Of a stretch of 64,000 nt of DNA, positions 45,522 to 54,197 are shown piece by piece. A model generated the notes under the pieces. It was not told the DNA's origin and did not search any database. It was given only the letters and a program-made list of their open reading frames with translations. How positions within the stretch are numbered: the first letter of the stretch is position 1; every line of letters starts with the position of its first letter. The DNA is from Candidatus Colimorpha onthohippi (GTDB lineage: Bacteria > Bacteroidota > Bacteroidia > Bacteroidales > P3). The position numbers and the translations under genes were made by a program. The stretch covers positions 2,220 to 66,219 of the forward strand of contig JAGHVA010000052.1 of the NCBI GenBank assembly GCA_018064565.1, in the 5' to 3' direction.

Positions 45522-46778
45522 CTAATTGATAGGCTGTACCGACTTGCGCAGAAGTTCTATATCAAGCATTTGATACGATGAGTTATCCTTGTCGTCGAAA
45601 TACTTTTTGTTGGCATTGTAGTTGTCTTGATTGTAAACCGAAGCCTTCTCAAAAAGTGTTCGAGCCACCGCCAATTTAAGTTCAGAGAATGTCATCTTTC
45701 CTGCCTGATAACGGGTTTGGTCTTCTTCCGACAGGAAACGCTTCACTTTGTTATAATACTGCTGTGGGAGTCTGCCGTTGGCATCCACACTACGGTTTAA
45801 CTCTGGAAAATTGACCCACGCAGTGATAGTAGTTTCGAGCAGGTTGACTTTCTTGCGGTTCTTGTCAGCATAATAGCCTAAATACGCATGGCACGGTTCC
45901 ACAAAGATAACAGGCTTTAGTCCAATCTTACGCAATAATGAGGCAAAGAACACACAAGCGTCTATACAGTTGGCCTGACGGCTGCGATACACCTCGTCAA
46001 AAAACCTAATATGTTGTACGTTCGACCTACGAGAAGGATTGGATGTGCACGATATGGATGAGTAAGCGATGCCTTGCTCCAGCGCATCGTACCAGAAAGC
46101 AAATACCTGATCTTGAACCATCTTGGCATTGCGCTGGTAGCCCTCAAATCGCGACACAATACCTCGCTCTAACACGCGCGATAGGATACTGTCGATAAAC
46201 GGATGATCCTCATTAACATATCCCGCAAATACCCAACGAATATCATAGGGGCGACCATTGGTATCCTCCAATTTGAGCAGGCACTCGTTGGCCGAACGAT
46301 AGTTGATGCGCAATGTCTCCACGTCAACCAACTCATCGTTTATGTAACAGGAGAACGAGAGATCCACCACGCCTTGTTTGCGGGTGGCATATAACTGGTC
46401 GTATTTCCATTTAACCATTGGATGAAAGGTATAGCGAACTCCTTTCTTGGGCAACTCTTCCTGCATGATAGTTACATAATTGAGTTGCGATGAGTCCAAC
46501 ACCACCCGCAGCACCGACCCGTTGGCTGGAGCCGTCAACGACACCGTAAACAGCTGCCCGTTTCCAATCAAATCAGCGTTGTTTGAACCCGAAAGAGCCA
46601 ATACCAAAGATGGATACAAACAGCCATCAAAGATAGGATTGTACGAAGCCTCAAAAGCCACTTTAGCAGGGTTGTACAACCGATGATCAGAATCGCCGTT
46701 TCCACAAGAAAACATAAATACTGTAGAAACCAACAATAAGAGAAACAAAGTTATATAACGAAATCTCCGCACCGTCAT
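45522..46778 (-). CDS. Lipoprotein with a possible transglutaminase-like (papain-fold) core
   Basis: 418 aa ORF with a lipoprotein signal (LLLLVSTVFMFSCG). The segment QANCIDACVFFASLLRKIGLKPVIFVEPCHAYLGYY...NLLETT resembles the Cys...His...Asp/Glu arrangement of transglutaminase-like cores. Confidence 0.5.
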   Translation of the reverse strand: MTVRRFRYITLFLLLLVSTVFMFSCGNGDSDHRLYNPAKVAFEASYNPIFDGCLYPSLVLALSGSNNADLIGNGQLFTVSLTAPANGSVLRVVLDSSQLNYVTIMQEELPKKGVRYTFHPMVKWKYDQLYATRKQGVVDLSFSCYINDELVDVETLRINYRSANECLLKLEDTNGRPYDIRWVFAGYVNEDHPFIDSILSRVLERGIVSRFEGYQRNAKMVQDQVFAFWYDALEQGIAYSSISCTSNPSRRSNVQHIRFFDEVYRSRQANCIDACVFFASLLRKIGLKPVIFVEPCHAYLGYYADKNRKKVNLLETTITAWVNFPELNRSVDANGRLPQQYYNKVKRFLSEEDQTRYQAGKMTFSELKLAVARTLFEKASVYNQDNYNANKKYFDDKDNSSYQMLDIELLRKSVQPIN

Positions 46779-46785
46779 GTTGCTA

Positions 46786-48132
46786 TTATTTCAATATTCC
46801 TGCCACCAACACTACCACCAATGCCAACGGAGCTATATAGCGCACTATGAATTTGAAAATACTATAAAAGGCTAAAGTGATAGAGCCTCCGTTTGACAAC
46901 TCATCTTTTAGACTGTCTTCGGGCATCACCCAACCCACAAACACCACACTTCCCAGCGCACAAATTGGCGGAAGATAGATGCTGTTCAAGCAATCTACCA
47001 AATCAAACAAATTGTAGCCGAACACCTTAAACGAGCTCCATACACCACCCCCTAACGAAACCACAGCAGCCAGCAGTAGCAGCAAGGGCATTACTACAAA
47101 AATAGATTTGACCCGCGTCCGACCCGTTACATCCGCAACAGATGCTATAAGACACTCCAGCAACGATATCGCACTGGTAAGCGCAGCCACTATCAGCAGT
47201 GCAAAAAACAAAGCGGCAAATATACTGCTCATTCCACCCATGGAGTTGAACACCGATGGCAACACCTTAAATACCAAACCAGGACCACCAGCAGGCTCCA
47301 TGCCACAGGAGAAAACGGCTGGGATGATGGCAACACCTGCCAACACAGCAATCAGCGTATCGCAAGCAGTAATCCACAACGAAGTCTTGAAGATATTGTC
47401 GTTCTTAGGTATATATGACCCATAAACCACCATCACACCCATGCCCACACTCAGCGAGAAGAGCGCCTGCCCTAAGGCAGCCAGAATCCCCTCGCCCGTA
47501 AGCAAGGCAAAATTCGGATTGAATAGGTATGCTATACCTTTGCTGGCCCCTGGCAGGGTAATCGACCTTACGCACAACGCCAATACAAGAATCAACAACA
47601 CTGGCATCAACAATTTTGAGACTGCCTCAATTCCTTTTTGGACACCGCCAAGGATAACCAATACCGTCAAAACGGCAAAAATAACAAGGTACAATATGGG
47701 CGACCCAACAGCATTGGTGAATCCAGTAAAATGAGCCGTTATCGCTTCAGTATCTTGGCCGAGCGAAAACAATGTACCAGCAACGGAATCAACAAAATAC
47801 CGAAGTGTCCACCCCGAGATTACAAAATACTGCGACAGGATAAAGAAACAGGTTACCAATCCAAACATCCCCAGATATTTCCATTTGGGTTTATGTGGTG
47901 CAAGCGTTGGGTAGGCCAATATAGGCGTATGCTGCGACCTGCGGCCTATGACAAACTCTGAGATCAGCAATATCATGCCCAAGACAAATACAAACACTAT
48001 ATATACCAGCAAGAAAGCACCGCCTCCATACTTGCCACAAATATAAGGGAAACGCCAGATATTACCCAATCCGACCGCCGAACCCACTGCCGCCATGATG
48101 GCGCCTACATTTGATGAAAATGATTTTTGCAT
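46786..48132 (-). CDS. Sodium-dependent transporter, SNF (neurotransmitter:sodium symporter) family
   Basis: 448 aa polytopic membrane ORF with the signature GLGNIWRFPYICGKYGGGAFLLVY. Confidence 0.92.
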   Translation of the reverse strand: MQKSFSSNVGAIMAAVGSAVGLGNIWRFPYICGKYGGGAFLLVYIVFVFVLGMILLISEFVIGRRSQHTPILAYPTLAPHKPKWKYLGMFGLVTCFFILSQYFVISGWTLRYFVDSVAGTLFSLGQDTEAITAHFTGFTNAVGSPILYLVIFAVLTVLVILGGVQKGIEAVSKLLMPVLLILVLALCVRSITLPGASKGIAYLFNPNFALLTGEGILAALGQALFSLSVGMGVMVVYGSYIPKNDNIFKTSLWITACDTLIAVLAGVAIIPAVFSCGMEPAGGPGLVFKVLPSVFNSMGGMSSIFAALFFALLIVAALTSAISLLECLIASVADVTGRTRVKSIFVVMPLLLLLAAVVSLGGGVWSSFKVFGYNLFDLVDCLNSIYLPPICALGSVVFVGWVMPEDSLKDELSNGGSITLAFYSIFKFIVRYIAPLALVVVLVAGILK

Positions 48133-48178
48133 TTGATTTACTTGATTATTTATTGTTTTGCCTCTTGATCAGGACTAC

Positions 48179-48757
48179 TCAATCACGGCTCACTACGTCA
48201 GGATTTTGCTTCACATAATCGCTCCACGACGCATTCTTAGCCTTACGCTGTTTGGCAGGTCTCAGCTGTGCACGGATGTCTGCCATCGGATTGGTACTTA
48301 CCAGATAATGACAATAAGCCGCTGCCAACGCATCGGTGGCATCCAGATAGCGCGGCTGTAGGTCAACCCCCAGATGAGCCTGCAACATGGCCAGCACCTG
48401 CTCCTTGGTAGCACCCCCGCTGCCTGTAATATACTGCTTGATGGTAGCTGGCTCATACTCGCTAAATGTCATATTTCTGCTCATCGCCGCCGCTATCGTT
48501 ACCCCTTGTGCCCTACCTAACTTGAGCATGGACTGCACGTTCTTGCCAAAAAAAGGAGCCTCGATAGAGAGATGCGACGGGTGATACTGGTCAATTACAC
48601 TACACATCGAATCAAATACAGTACGAATCCGCAGGTTGTAATCCTCCATATTTTTTAGATACAACACATCCATCAACACCATCTGCGGCTTGGGATCAGT
48701 TTGAAGCAAACTATATCCCAATATCCTTGTACCCGGATCAACACCAAGAATCAACAC
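48179..48757 (-). CDS. ruvC: Crossover junction endodeoxyribonuclease RuvC
   Basis: 192 aa ORF with a GTG start. (M)LILGVDPGTRILGYSLL and EAPFFGKNVQSMLKLGRAQG are typical of RuvC. Confidence 0.9.
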   Translation of the reverse strand: MLILGVDPGTRILGYSLLQTDPKPQMVLMDVLYLKNMEDYNLRIRTVFDSMCSVIDQYHPSHLSIEAPFFGKNVQSMLKLGRAQGVTIAAAMSRNMTFSEYEPATIKQYITGSGGATKEQVLAMLQAHLGVDLQPRYLDATDALAAAYCHYLVSTNPMADIRAQLRPAKQRKAKNASWSDYVKQNPDVVSRD

Positions 48758-48887
48758 CTTTTGCTATTTTGAAAAATCTTATTTGTAACGCAACCCATGC
48801 CCCAACCATGACAAACTGATTACTCCAATTACCACAATTCTAACAGTACCTATCAAACTTTTTTGCAAAAGTACAACATTTTTTTCG

Positions 48888-48895
48888 TACCTTTG
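48888..48895 (+). promoter_or_regulatory. Candidate -7 box TACCTTTG with upstream TTTG (about 48862-48865)
   Basis: Exact TAnnTTTG match on the plus strand, with a TTTG about 22 nt upstream. It lies about 200 nt upstream of the ATG at 49096, implying a long leader. Confidence 0.3.
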
Positions 48896-49095
48896 CGTTT
48901 TATGTTTTACAACTTGTATATTACAAGCCACAAACATAGAAAACATTACAAGATACTGCTTACAACCTGATGCTGCTTTGAGTGGCAGTCTTGCCTTGTT
49001 TGCCATAAAATTATGATACGCAACAATCCTGCAATACATAACAGCAGCAGTCAAGTATATAGAGTCAACTTGATAAAACATAAATAACAAACACC

Positions 49096-49923
49096 ATGGA
49101 CAAACTTATTATTACTGCCGCTATCTGCGGTGCAGAAGTTACCAAAGAGCAGAATCCTGCCGTACCTTATACCGTAGCCGAGATTGTACGCGAGGCCAAG
49201 AGCGCCGTGGATGCTGGTGCTGCTATCGTCCACCTGCATGTGCGTTACGACGACGGCACCCCAACTCAGAGTCGCGAGCGTTTCCAAGAGTGTACCGAGG
49301 CCATCTTGAAAGAATGCCCCAACGTAATCTTGATTCCATCTACTGGCGGCGCCGTTGGCATGACCCCCGAAGAGCGACTGGCAAGCACCGAGACGACTCC
49401 TACTCCAGAGATGGCTACCTTAGACTGTGGCACTTGCAATTTTGGCGATGAGATATTTGACAACACCATGCCCACCATGCGCGCCTTCGGCAAGCGCATG
49501 CTGGAACGCGGCATCAAGCCCGAATACGAATGCTTCGAGATGGGTCATCTTGACACAATCCTTACCATGGCTCGCAAAGGTCAGGTGCCAGCCGCTCCTA
49601 TGCAGTTCAACTTCGTGTTGGGCGTTCCTGGATGCACACCAGCCACTGTGGATAACCTCTGCTGGATGGTTCGCAACATTCCTGCTGGAAGCACATGGAC
49701 ATCCACCGGTATCGGCCGCTACGCATTCCAGTTGGCTGCCCCCACCATCGTGATGGGCGGCAACGTCCGCGTCGGATTTGAGGACAACCTCTATCTTGAG
49801 CGTGGCGTTTTGGCAAAAAGCAACGGCGAACTGGTTGACAAAGTGGTACGTATGGCCAAGTTGTTAGGACGCGAAGTAGCAACAAGCGATGAGGCCCGCG
49901 AAATCTTATCGCTCAAACGCTAA
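49096..49923 (+). CDS. 3-keto-5-aminohexanoate cleavage enzyme family (BKACE/DUF849) protein
   Basis: 275 aa ORF. LIITAAICGAEVTKEQNPAVPYTVAEIVREAKSAVDAGAAIVHLHVR and the later GGNVRVGFEDNLY are characteristic of the BKACE family. Confidence 0.85.
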   Translation: MDKLIITAAICGAEVTKEQNPAVPYTVAEIVREAKSAVDAGAAIVHLHVRYDDGTPTQSRERFQECTEAILKECPNVILIPSTGGAVGMTPEERLASTETTPTPEMATLDCGTCNFGDEIFDNTMPTMRAFGKRMLERGIKPEYECFEMGHLDTILTMARKGQVPAAPMQFNFVLGVPGCTPATVDNLCWMVRNIPAGSTWTSTGIGRYAFQLAAPTIVMGGNVRVGFEDNLYLERGVLAKSNGELVDKVVRMAKLLGREVATSDEAREILSLKR

Positions 49924-50543
49924 TGATATTAGATTTCCACACTCATAAACCTACAGCGGAGGGTGTAATCACCCCCCGCTGTTTTGGTATCCACCCATGG
50001 GATGCAGACCAGTATCCCGACACTATCGATCCCCAACCGTTTGAGGCTCTCGCTACCAATGGGCAACTGGAATGGATTGGCGAATGCGGGATAGACGCAT
50101 TGCGCGGACCTTCTTTGTCCAAACAGATAGACATATTCAAGCAGCAACTATCATTGGCCGAACGGCTAAATAAGCCCGTAGTAATCCATTGCGTGCGCTG
50201 CTGGACGCAACTGCTACAACTGCGCAAACAATTTCATGCCACACCATGGGTGGTTCATGGTTTCACTGGGCCGCCAGAACTATTTGACGACCTGTGGCGG
50301 CACGACATCAAAATCTCGGTAGGGGCTGCCCTGCTTAACCCAAAATGCACTAAGCTACACCGCACTCTACAACATGCTGGTCCAAACCATTTATTGTTTG
50401 AAACCGACGACAGCGATGCCGATATCCATGATATCTACATCGCTGCCGCCAACATATTAGGCATCAGCACCAAAAGCCTCTGCCATGAGGTACTATACTA
50501 CTTCTCTTTGATAAACTCGCCATTGGGCTTAAACAGCAAATAG
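49923..50543 (+). CDS. TatD-family metal-dependent hydrolase (short form)
   Basis: 206 aa ORF. The motifs DFHTH, IGECGID, VVIHCVR, VVHGF and FETD match the TatD metal-ligand pattern. Its start overlaps the upstream gene's stop (TAATG). Confidence 0.75.
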   Translation: MILDFHTHKPTAEGVITPRCFGIHPWDADQYPDTIDPQPFEALATNGQLEWIGECGIDALRGPSLSKQIDIFKQQLSLAERLNKPVVIHCVRCWTQLLQLRKQFHATPWVVHGFTGPPELFDDLWRHDIKISVGAALLNPKCTKLHRTLQHAGPNHLLFETDDSDADIHDIYIAAANILGISTKSLCHEVLYYFSLINSPLGLNSK

Positions 50544-50959
50544 CGCACATCTTTCTCTTTTTTCAAAAACAAAAACGATTTTACTTGGGCAATCCTTACC
50601 TCATAAGAGCTTTCGCGACGAGCGCTTACAATACTAACCTCAGTTATTTTGTATTTGCTGTAACGGTGGCGCACAGTGTCTTTGATAGCACGCGGGCAAT
50701 ACTGTAAATCTACAAAATAGCGACGTTCAGTACCCACTGATTTGTACCGCACAGACTGCAACTCGTTGTTATTTCCAATAAAACGAACCTCAAACGTAGT
50801 GCTATCCAACTGATACCATTTTACATTGCGCACATCCAGATTCTGACGTTGAAAATCCTCTACGAATTTGGCTGGAACTGACTGTTCCGAAACCACTTTT
50901 TGTGCCATCACCATTCCGCAGCACAAAACCAAAAGTGTCAATAAAGAAATTTTTTTCAT
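50498..50959 (-). CDS. Hypothetical secreted protein (possibly PepSY-like/DUF2874-like)
   Basis: 153 aa ORF with a signal peptide (MKKISLLTLLVLCCGMVMAQ). Its 3-prime end overlaps the convergent TatD-like ORF by 46 nt. Confidence 0.5.
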   Translation of the reverse strand: MKKISLLTLLVLCCGMVMAQKVVSEQSVPAKFVEDFQRQNLDVRNVKWYQLDSTTFEVRFIGNNNELQSVRYKSVGTERRYFVDLQYCPRAIKDTVRHRYSKYKITEVSIVSARRESSYEVRIAQVKSFLFLKKEKDVRYLLFKPNGEFIKEK

Positions 50960-50974
50960 GACTTAGTTCTTTTA

Positions 50975-51679
50975 TTATCGTTGATTCATTATGTGTTTCA
51001 TCACGTTGGGTCCATCATGGATAACCTGCATAGCCCAATAGAGTTTCAGTGTGGTCTGATCCTCGTCCGTCAGCTGCCATTGGATGTTACTGCGGCGCAT
51101 ACGCTCAGTAAGCGCATACAAACTCAAAGCGGCACATACGCTGATATTGAAACTCTCCGTAAAGCCATACATGGGCACTTTTACGTATGCGTCAGCATGA
51201 TCGATGGCTTCTTGCGTAAGACCTGTCAACTCGGTGCCAAACACCAATGCCGTGGGCTGCGAAACATCCAAGTCGCCTATCATAGTGTCGTTCTCATGCG
51301 GTAGCGTAGCAACAATACGATACCCCTTGGCGCGCAGTGCATCATAAGTATCCAATATACTGCTCCGCTTATAGATATCTACCCATTTGTTGCTACCCAT
51401 AGCCACATCTGGGTTGGGACAATACCTATTGCGATTCTCCACCACATGCACGTCCTGCACACCAAAACAATCGCACGACCGCAACACCGCACTGGCATTG
51501 TGAGATTGGTAAACATCTTCGAGCACCACCGTTACGTGACGCGTCCGCTGCGCAGCCAATCGGTCAAACAACTGACGCTTATTGTCGCTAAACAACTCTG
51601 CAGCTCGCTCATAGAGCGCCAACCGCTCACGGTGATCCAAGGTGTCAAAAAAATGCTGATATTCGGCAGTTATCTCCAT
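50975..51679 (-). CDS. SpoU/TrmH-family RNA 2-prime-O-methyltransferase
   Basis: 234 aa ORF. VVLEDVYQSHNASAVLRSCDCFGVQDVHVV, LVFGTELTGL and FNISVCAALSLY are motifs of the SPOUT methylase fold. Confidence 0.85.
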   Translation of the reverse strand: MEITAEYQHFFDTLDHRERLALYERAAELFSDNKRQLFDRLAAQRTRHVTVVLEDVYQSHNASAVLRSCDCFGVQDVHVVENRNRYCPNPDVAMGSNKWVDIYKRSSILDTYDALRAKGYRIVATLPHENDTMIGDLDVSQPTALVFGTELTGLTQEAIDHADAYVKVPMYGFTESFNISVCAALSLYALTERMRRSNIQWQLTDEDQTTLKLYWAMQVIHDGPNVMKHIMNQR

Positions 51680-51685
51680 AACTAA

Positions 51686-52483
51686 CTAATGATTTTGTTC
51701 TGTTTCTGGCTCAAACTCTTGTACCTGATTCTGCTTCGGTTGCCCCAACTCGTACAGTGTTGCATACTTCATAAAGGTATAGTGTGCGTTCAGCCTACAC
51801 ACCGTGTAACCAGCATATCCATCCAATACCCCCATGCGAATCAGGTAATCGCGCACAAAAGTCCACAACGAGTGGTACATAGCCCCCCAACGGCAAGTGC
51901 GCTGCCCTCTATCATACGCCTTTTGGGCATCAAGCAAGTAATAACGCGGCTGACGCCGTGCATGATCTTCGATGCTGTAGTACGAGTAGTGCTCTAAGTC
52001 GCCCATAAGCGTTACTACCTGCATATCCGCTGCATAGCACAACGTCTCGTGAATGGAGCCCTCCCACTGCGCCATGCCAGCCTTCCACAAGCGCACTTTG
52101 GCATCTGGATACCAACCGCAGTGATGAATCCAAGAACCGCAGTAATTCGTCAACCGCTTCACTCTATACACTACCCCATCGGCAAAACCCTGCTGTTTCA
52201 AATCCAACAGTTGCTGGCGCAATCGTGGCGACAGCGCCTCGTCTGCGTCGATCGAGAGAATCCAGTCGCCCTGAGCCAATTGGTTGGCAAAATTTTTCTG
52301 TTCGGCATAGCCCTCCCAATCGTGATGCTCCCATCGCACTCCATACCTGTCACAAATGGCCTTGGTAGCATCGGTGGATCCCGAATCTACTACTACCACC
52401 TCGTCCGCCACGCCTTGCAACGACTTCAGACAACGCCCGATATTGCGCTCCTCATTCTGTGTTATGACGACTGCCGAAAGCAT
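51686..52483 (-). CDS. Glycosyltransferase family 2
   Basis: 265 aa ORF. LSAVVITQNEERNIGRCLKSL...VVVDSGSTD...ILSIDADE is a typical GT2 N-terminal domain. Confidence 0.85.
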   Translation of the reverse strand: MLSAVVITQNEERNIGRCLKSLQGVADEVVVVDSGSTDATKAICDRYGVRWEHHDWEGYAEQKNFANQLAQGDWILSIDADEALSPRLRQQLLDLKQQGFADGVVYRVKRLTNYCGSWIHHCGWYPDAKVRLWKAGMAQWEGSIHETLCYAADMQVVTLMGDLEHYSYYSIEDHARRQPRYYLLDAQKAYDRGQRTCRWGAMYHSLWTFVRDYLIRMGVLDGYAGYTVCRLNAHYTFMKYATLYELGQPKQNQVQEFEPETEQNH

Positions 52484-52650
52484 GGCTTGACAAATTTAAG
52501 GACAGATAATAATATAAACCATGAGTATTGCACGCAGAATCCTGAACCACACACACCTCCAAACATCTCAAAAGATGCTGAAACACTACAAAATCGGACT
52601 CATGCAAAGCAATATATCACGAAAAATGCAAAGGTACGACATTTTTTTAT

Positions 52651-52658
52651 TACTTTTG
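52651..52658 (+). promoter_or_regulatory. Candidate -7 promoter box TACTTTTG
   Basis: Exact TAnnTTTG match. It lies 40 nt upstream of the ATG at 52698 and 100 nt upstream of the preferred ATG at 52758. Confidence 0.35.
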
Positions 52659-52757
52659 CAATTTCTAACAAATAGATTTGTCTAATTAGCCAGACAGATG
52701 GCCATCTCCACGCGGCATTGGGAGAGGCAACACGAGAAACAAAAAAAACATAATACC

Positions 52758-53870
52758 ATGATTATCGGATACGATGCCAAACGGGCATTCAACAACAAGA
52801 CAGGATTAGGCAATTATAGTCGCATGATTATCAGTGGCATCGCCTCCGCTTACCGCGACTGCGAGTGTGTACTCTACACTCCTATGATTGACGATGAGTT
52901 GGCTGGCTATTTTAGAGGTATTGGCAATGTGTCGTCGCGGCAGCCATTGGGTCTGGAACGAATGTTTCCCGCATGGTGGCGAAGTCGCGGCTTGGCTCGA
53001 CAAGTACGCAACGATGAGATAGATATATTCCACGGACTTTCGCATGAGTTGCCTCACGGACTGCCCAATGATGTGAAAAAGGTTGTAACCATGCACGACC
53101 TTGTAGCGTGGCGCTATCCTCATTTCTTTACTAAATTCGATGCACGGACGCACCAAAAAAAGCAGACCTACGCCTGCCAAAGTGCAGATGTAGTAATTGC
53201 GATAAGCGAGCAGACCAAGCGCGACCTAATAGAGATTATGAATGTACCCGCAGATCGCATACAAGTGGTGTACCAGTCGTGTGATGACGTGTTTTGGTAT
53301 CCGATAGAAGAATATGACAAGCAGGAGACACGCAAAAAGTACAACCTACCCGACAACTACCTTATCTGCGTTGGCACCATCGAAAGCCGCAAAAACCAGT
53401 TGTCGGTAATACATGCCATGGAGCAGGTGGAACCCGACATGCACCTTGTTATCGTAGGTCGGAAGCGCGCTGCCTATGCCGAGACGGTAATGGCAGAGGT
53501 CAAAAAGCACCCTAACCGTATCCATGTGATTCAGGATGCCGATTTCGATGATTTCCCCTACTTGTATGCCTGTAGCCGTGGAGCGGTTTACATGTCGCAT
53601 TTTGAAGGGTTCGGAATCCCTATTATTGAAGCCATGTGCTGCGGTGTGCCTGTTCTCACCTCCAACTGCTCTTCTATGCCTGAAGCAGGTGGCGATGCCG
53701 CACTATATGCCGACCCTAAAAACATTGACGAAATTGCAGCACAAATCAACCGGCTCATCAACGATGAAGCCTTGCGTACGGATCTCTTAGCAAAAGCCGA
53801 AATCCAACGAAACAAATTCACCCACGACAAAATCATCAACAACATGTACAACTTGTACTGCCAACTGTAA
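52758..53870 (+). CDS. Glycosyltransferase family 4 (GT-B fold)
   Basis: Start trimmed to MIIGYDAKRAFNNKTGLGNYSR. The C-terminal domain carries FEGFGIPIIEAMCCGVPVLTSN (an E-x7-E-like motif). Confidence 0.85.
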   Translation: MIIGYDAKRAFNNKTGLGNYSRMIISGIASAYRDCECVLYTPMIDDELAGYFRGIGNVSSRQPLGLERMFPAWWRSRGLARQVRNDEIDIFHGLSHELPHGLPNDVKKVVTMHDLVAWRYPHFFTKFDARTHQKKQTYACQSADVVIAISEQTKRDLIEIMNVPADRIQVVYQSCDDVFWYPIEEYDKQETRKKYNLPDNYLICVGTIESRKNQLSVIHAMEQVEPDMHLVIVGRKRAAYAETVMAEVKKHPNRIHVIQDADFDDFPYLYACSRGAVYMSHFEGFGIPIIEAMCCGVPVLTSNCSSMPEAGGDAALYADPKNIDEIAAQINRLINDEALRTDLLAKAEIQRNKFTHDKIINNMYNLYCQL

Positions 53871-53983
53871 CCAAGATTAAGGAAGAAAGCTTGCCGTAGG
53901 TATGCGATAAACGATAGGGCTTGCTCCGAACGATATAGCCTGAAAGACTTATAGTCCTAACCATAGAGCAGAGCAAAACGATT

Positions 53984-54120
53984 CCCCTGGGCTTCGGCAA
54001 AAATGCCGAAGAAGTGCAAAAGCCTCATGCTTGGGCAGGCAGCACCCCCGGGCTTCGGCAAAAATGCTGAAGAAGTGCAAAAGCCTCTTACATGGAAAGC
54101 AGCACCTCGGGCTTCGGCCT
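53984..54120. repeat. Tandem intergenic repeat of about 60 nt (2 full copies plus a partial), each with an 8-bp hairpin
   Basis: GGGCTTCGGCAAAAATGCCGAAGAAGTGCAAAAGCCTC starts at about 53989 and recurs at about 54050 with one mismatch. GGGCTTCGGC recurs at about 54108. Each unit folds as CTTCGGCA-aaaa-TGCCGAAG. Confidence 0.8.
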
Positions 54121-54124
54121 ACTA

Positions 54125-54174
54125 AAATAAAACAACAGCACTTGTAAGTTCTCACAAGTGCTGTTGTTTTATTT
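54125..54174. terminator. Bidirectional rho-independent terminator between the GT4 gene and secA
   Basis: A perfect 17-bp stem, AAAACAACAGCACTTGT (54129-54145) with ACAAGTGCTGTTGTTTT (54154-54170), encloses an 8-nt loop. A/T runs flank it on both sides. It lies between convergent genes. Confidence 0.8.
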
Positions 54175-54197
54175 GATCGGCATTTCAGCAGTATTGC

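Noticed and set aside
48779-49090. 103-aa minus-strand ORF upstream of ruvC
   Set aside because: It has odd composition (Met/Cys/Val/Tyr-rich) and no motif. It occupies an AT-rich divergent promoter region and overlaps the candidate plus-strand promoter. It is retained only as a very weak possibility.
52491-52498. TAAATTTG box only about 8 nt upstream of the GT2 ATG (leaderless transcript?)
   Set aside because: The match to TAnnTTTG is exact, but the spacing would leave essentially no leader. It cannot be distinguished from chance in AT-rich DNA without TSS data.
53949-54155. 68-aa ORF across the 60-nt tandem repeat, and the possibility that the repeat is a mini-CRISPR
   Set aside because: The whole unit of about 60 nt repeats, so there are no unique spacers. 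Only about 2.3 copies exist and no cas genes are nearby. The ORF merely reads through the repeated sequence.
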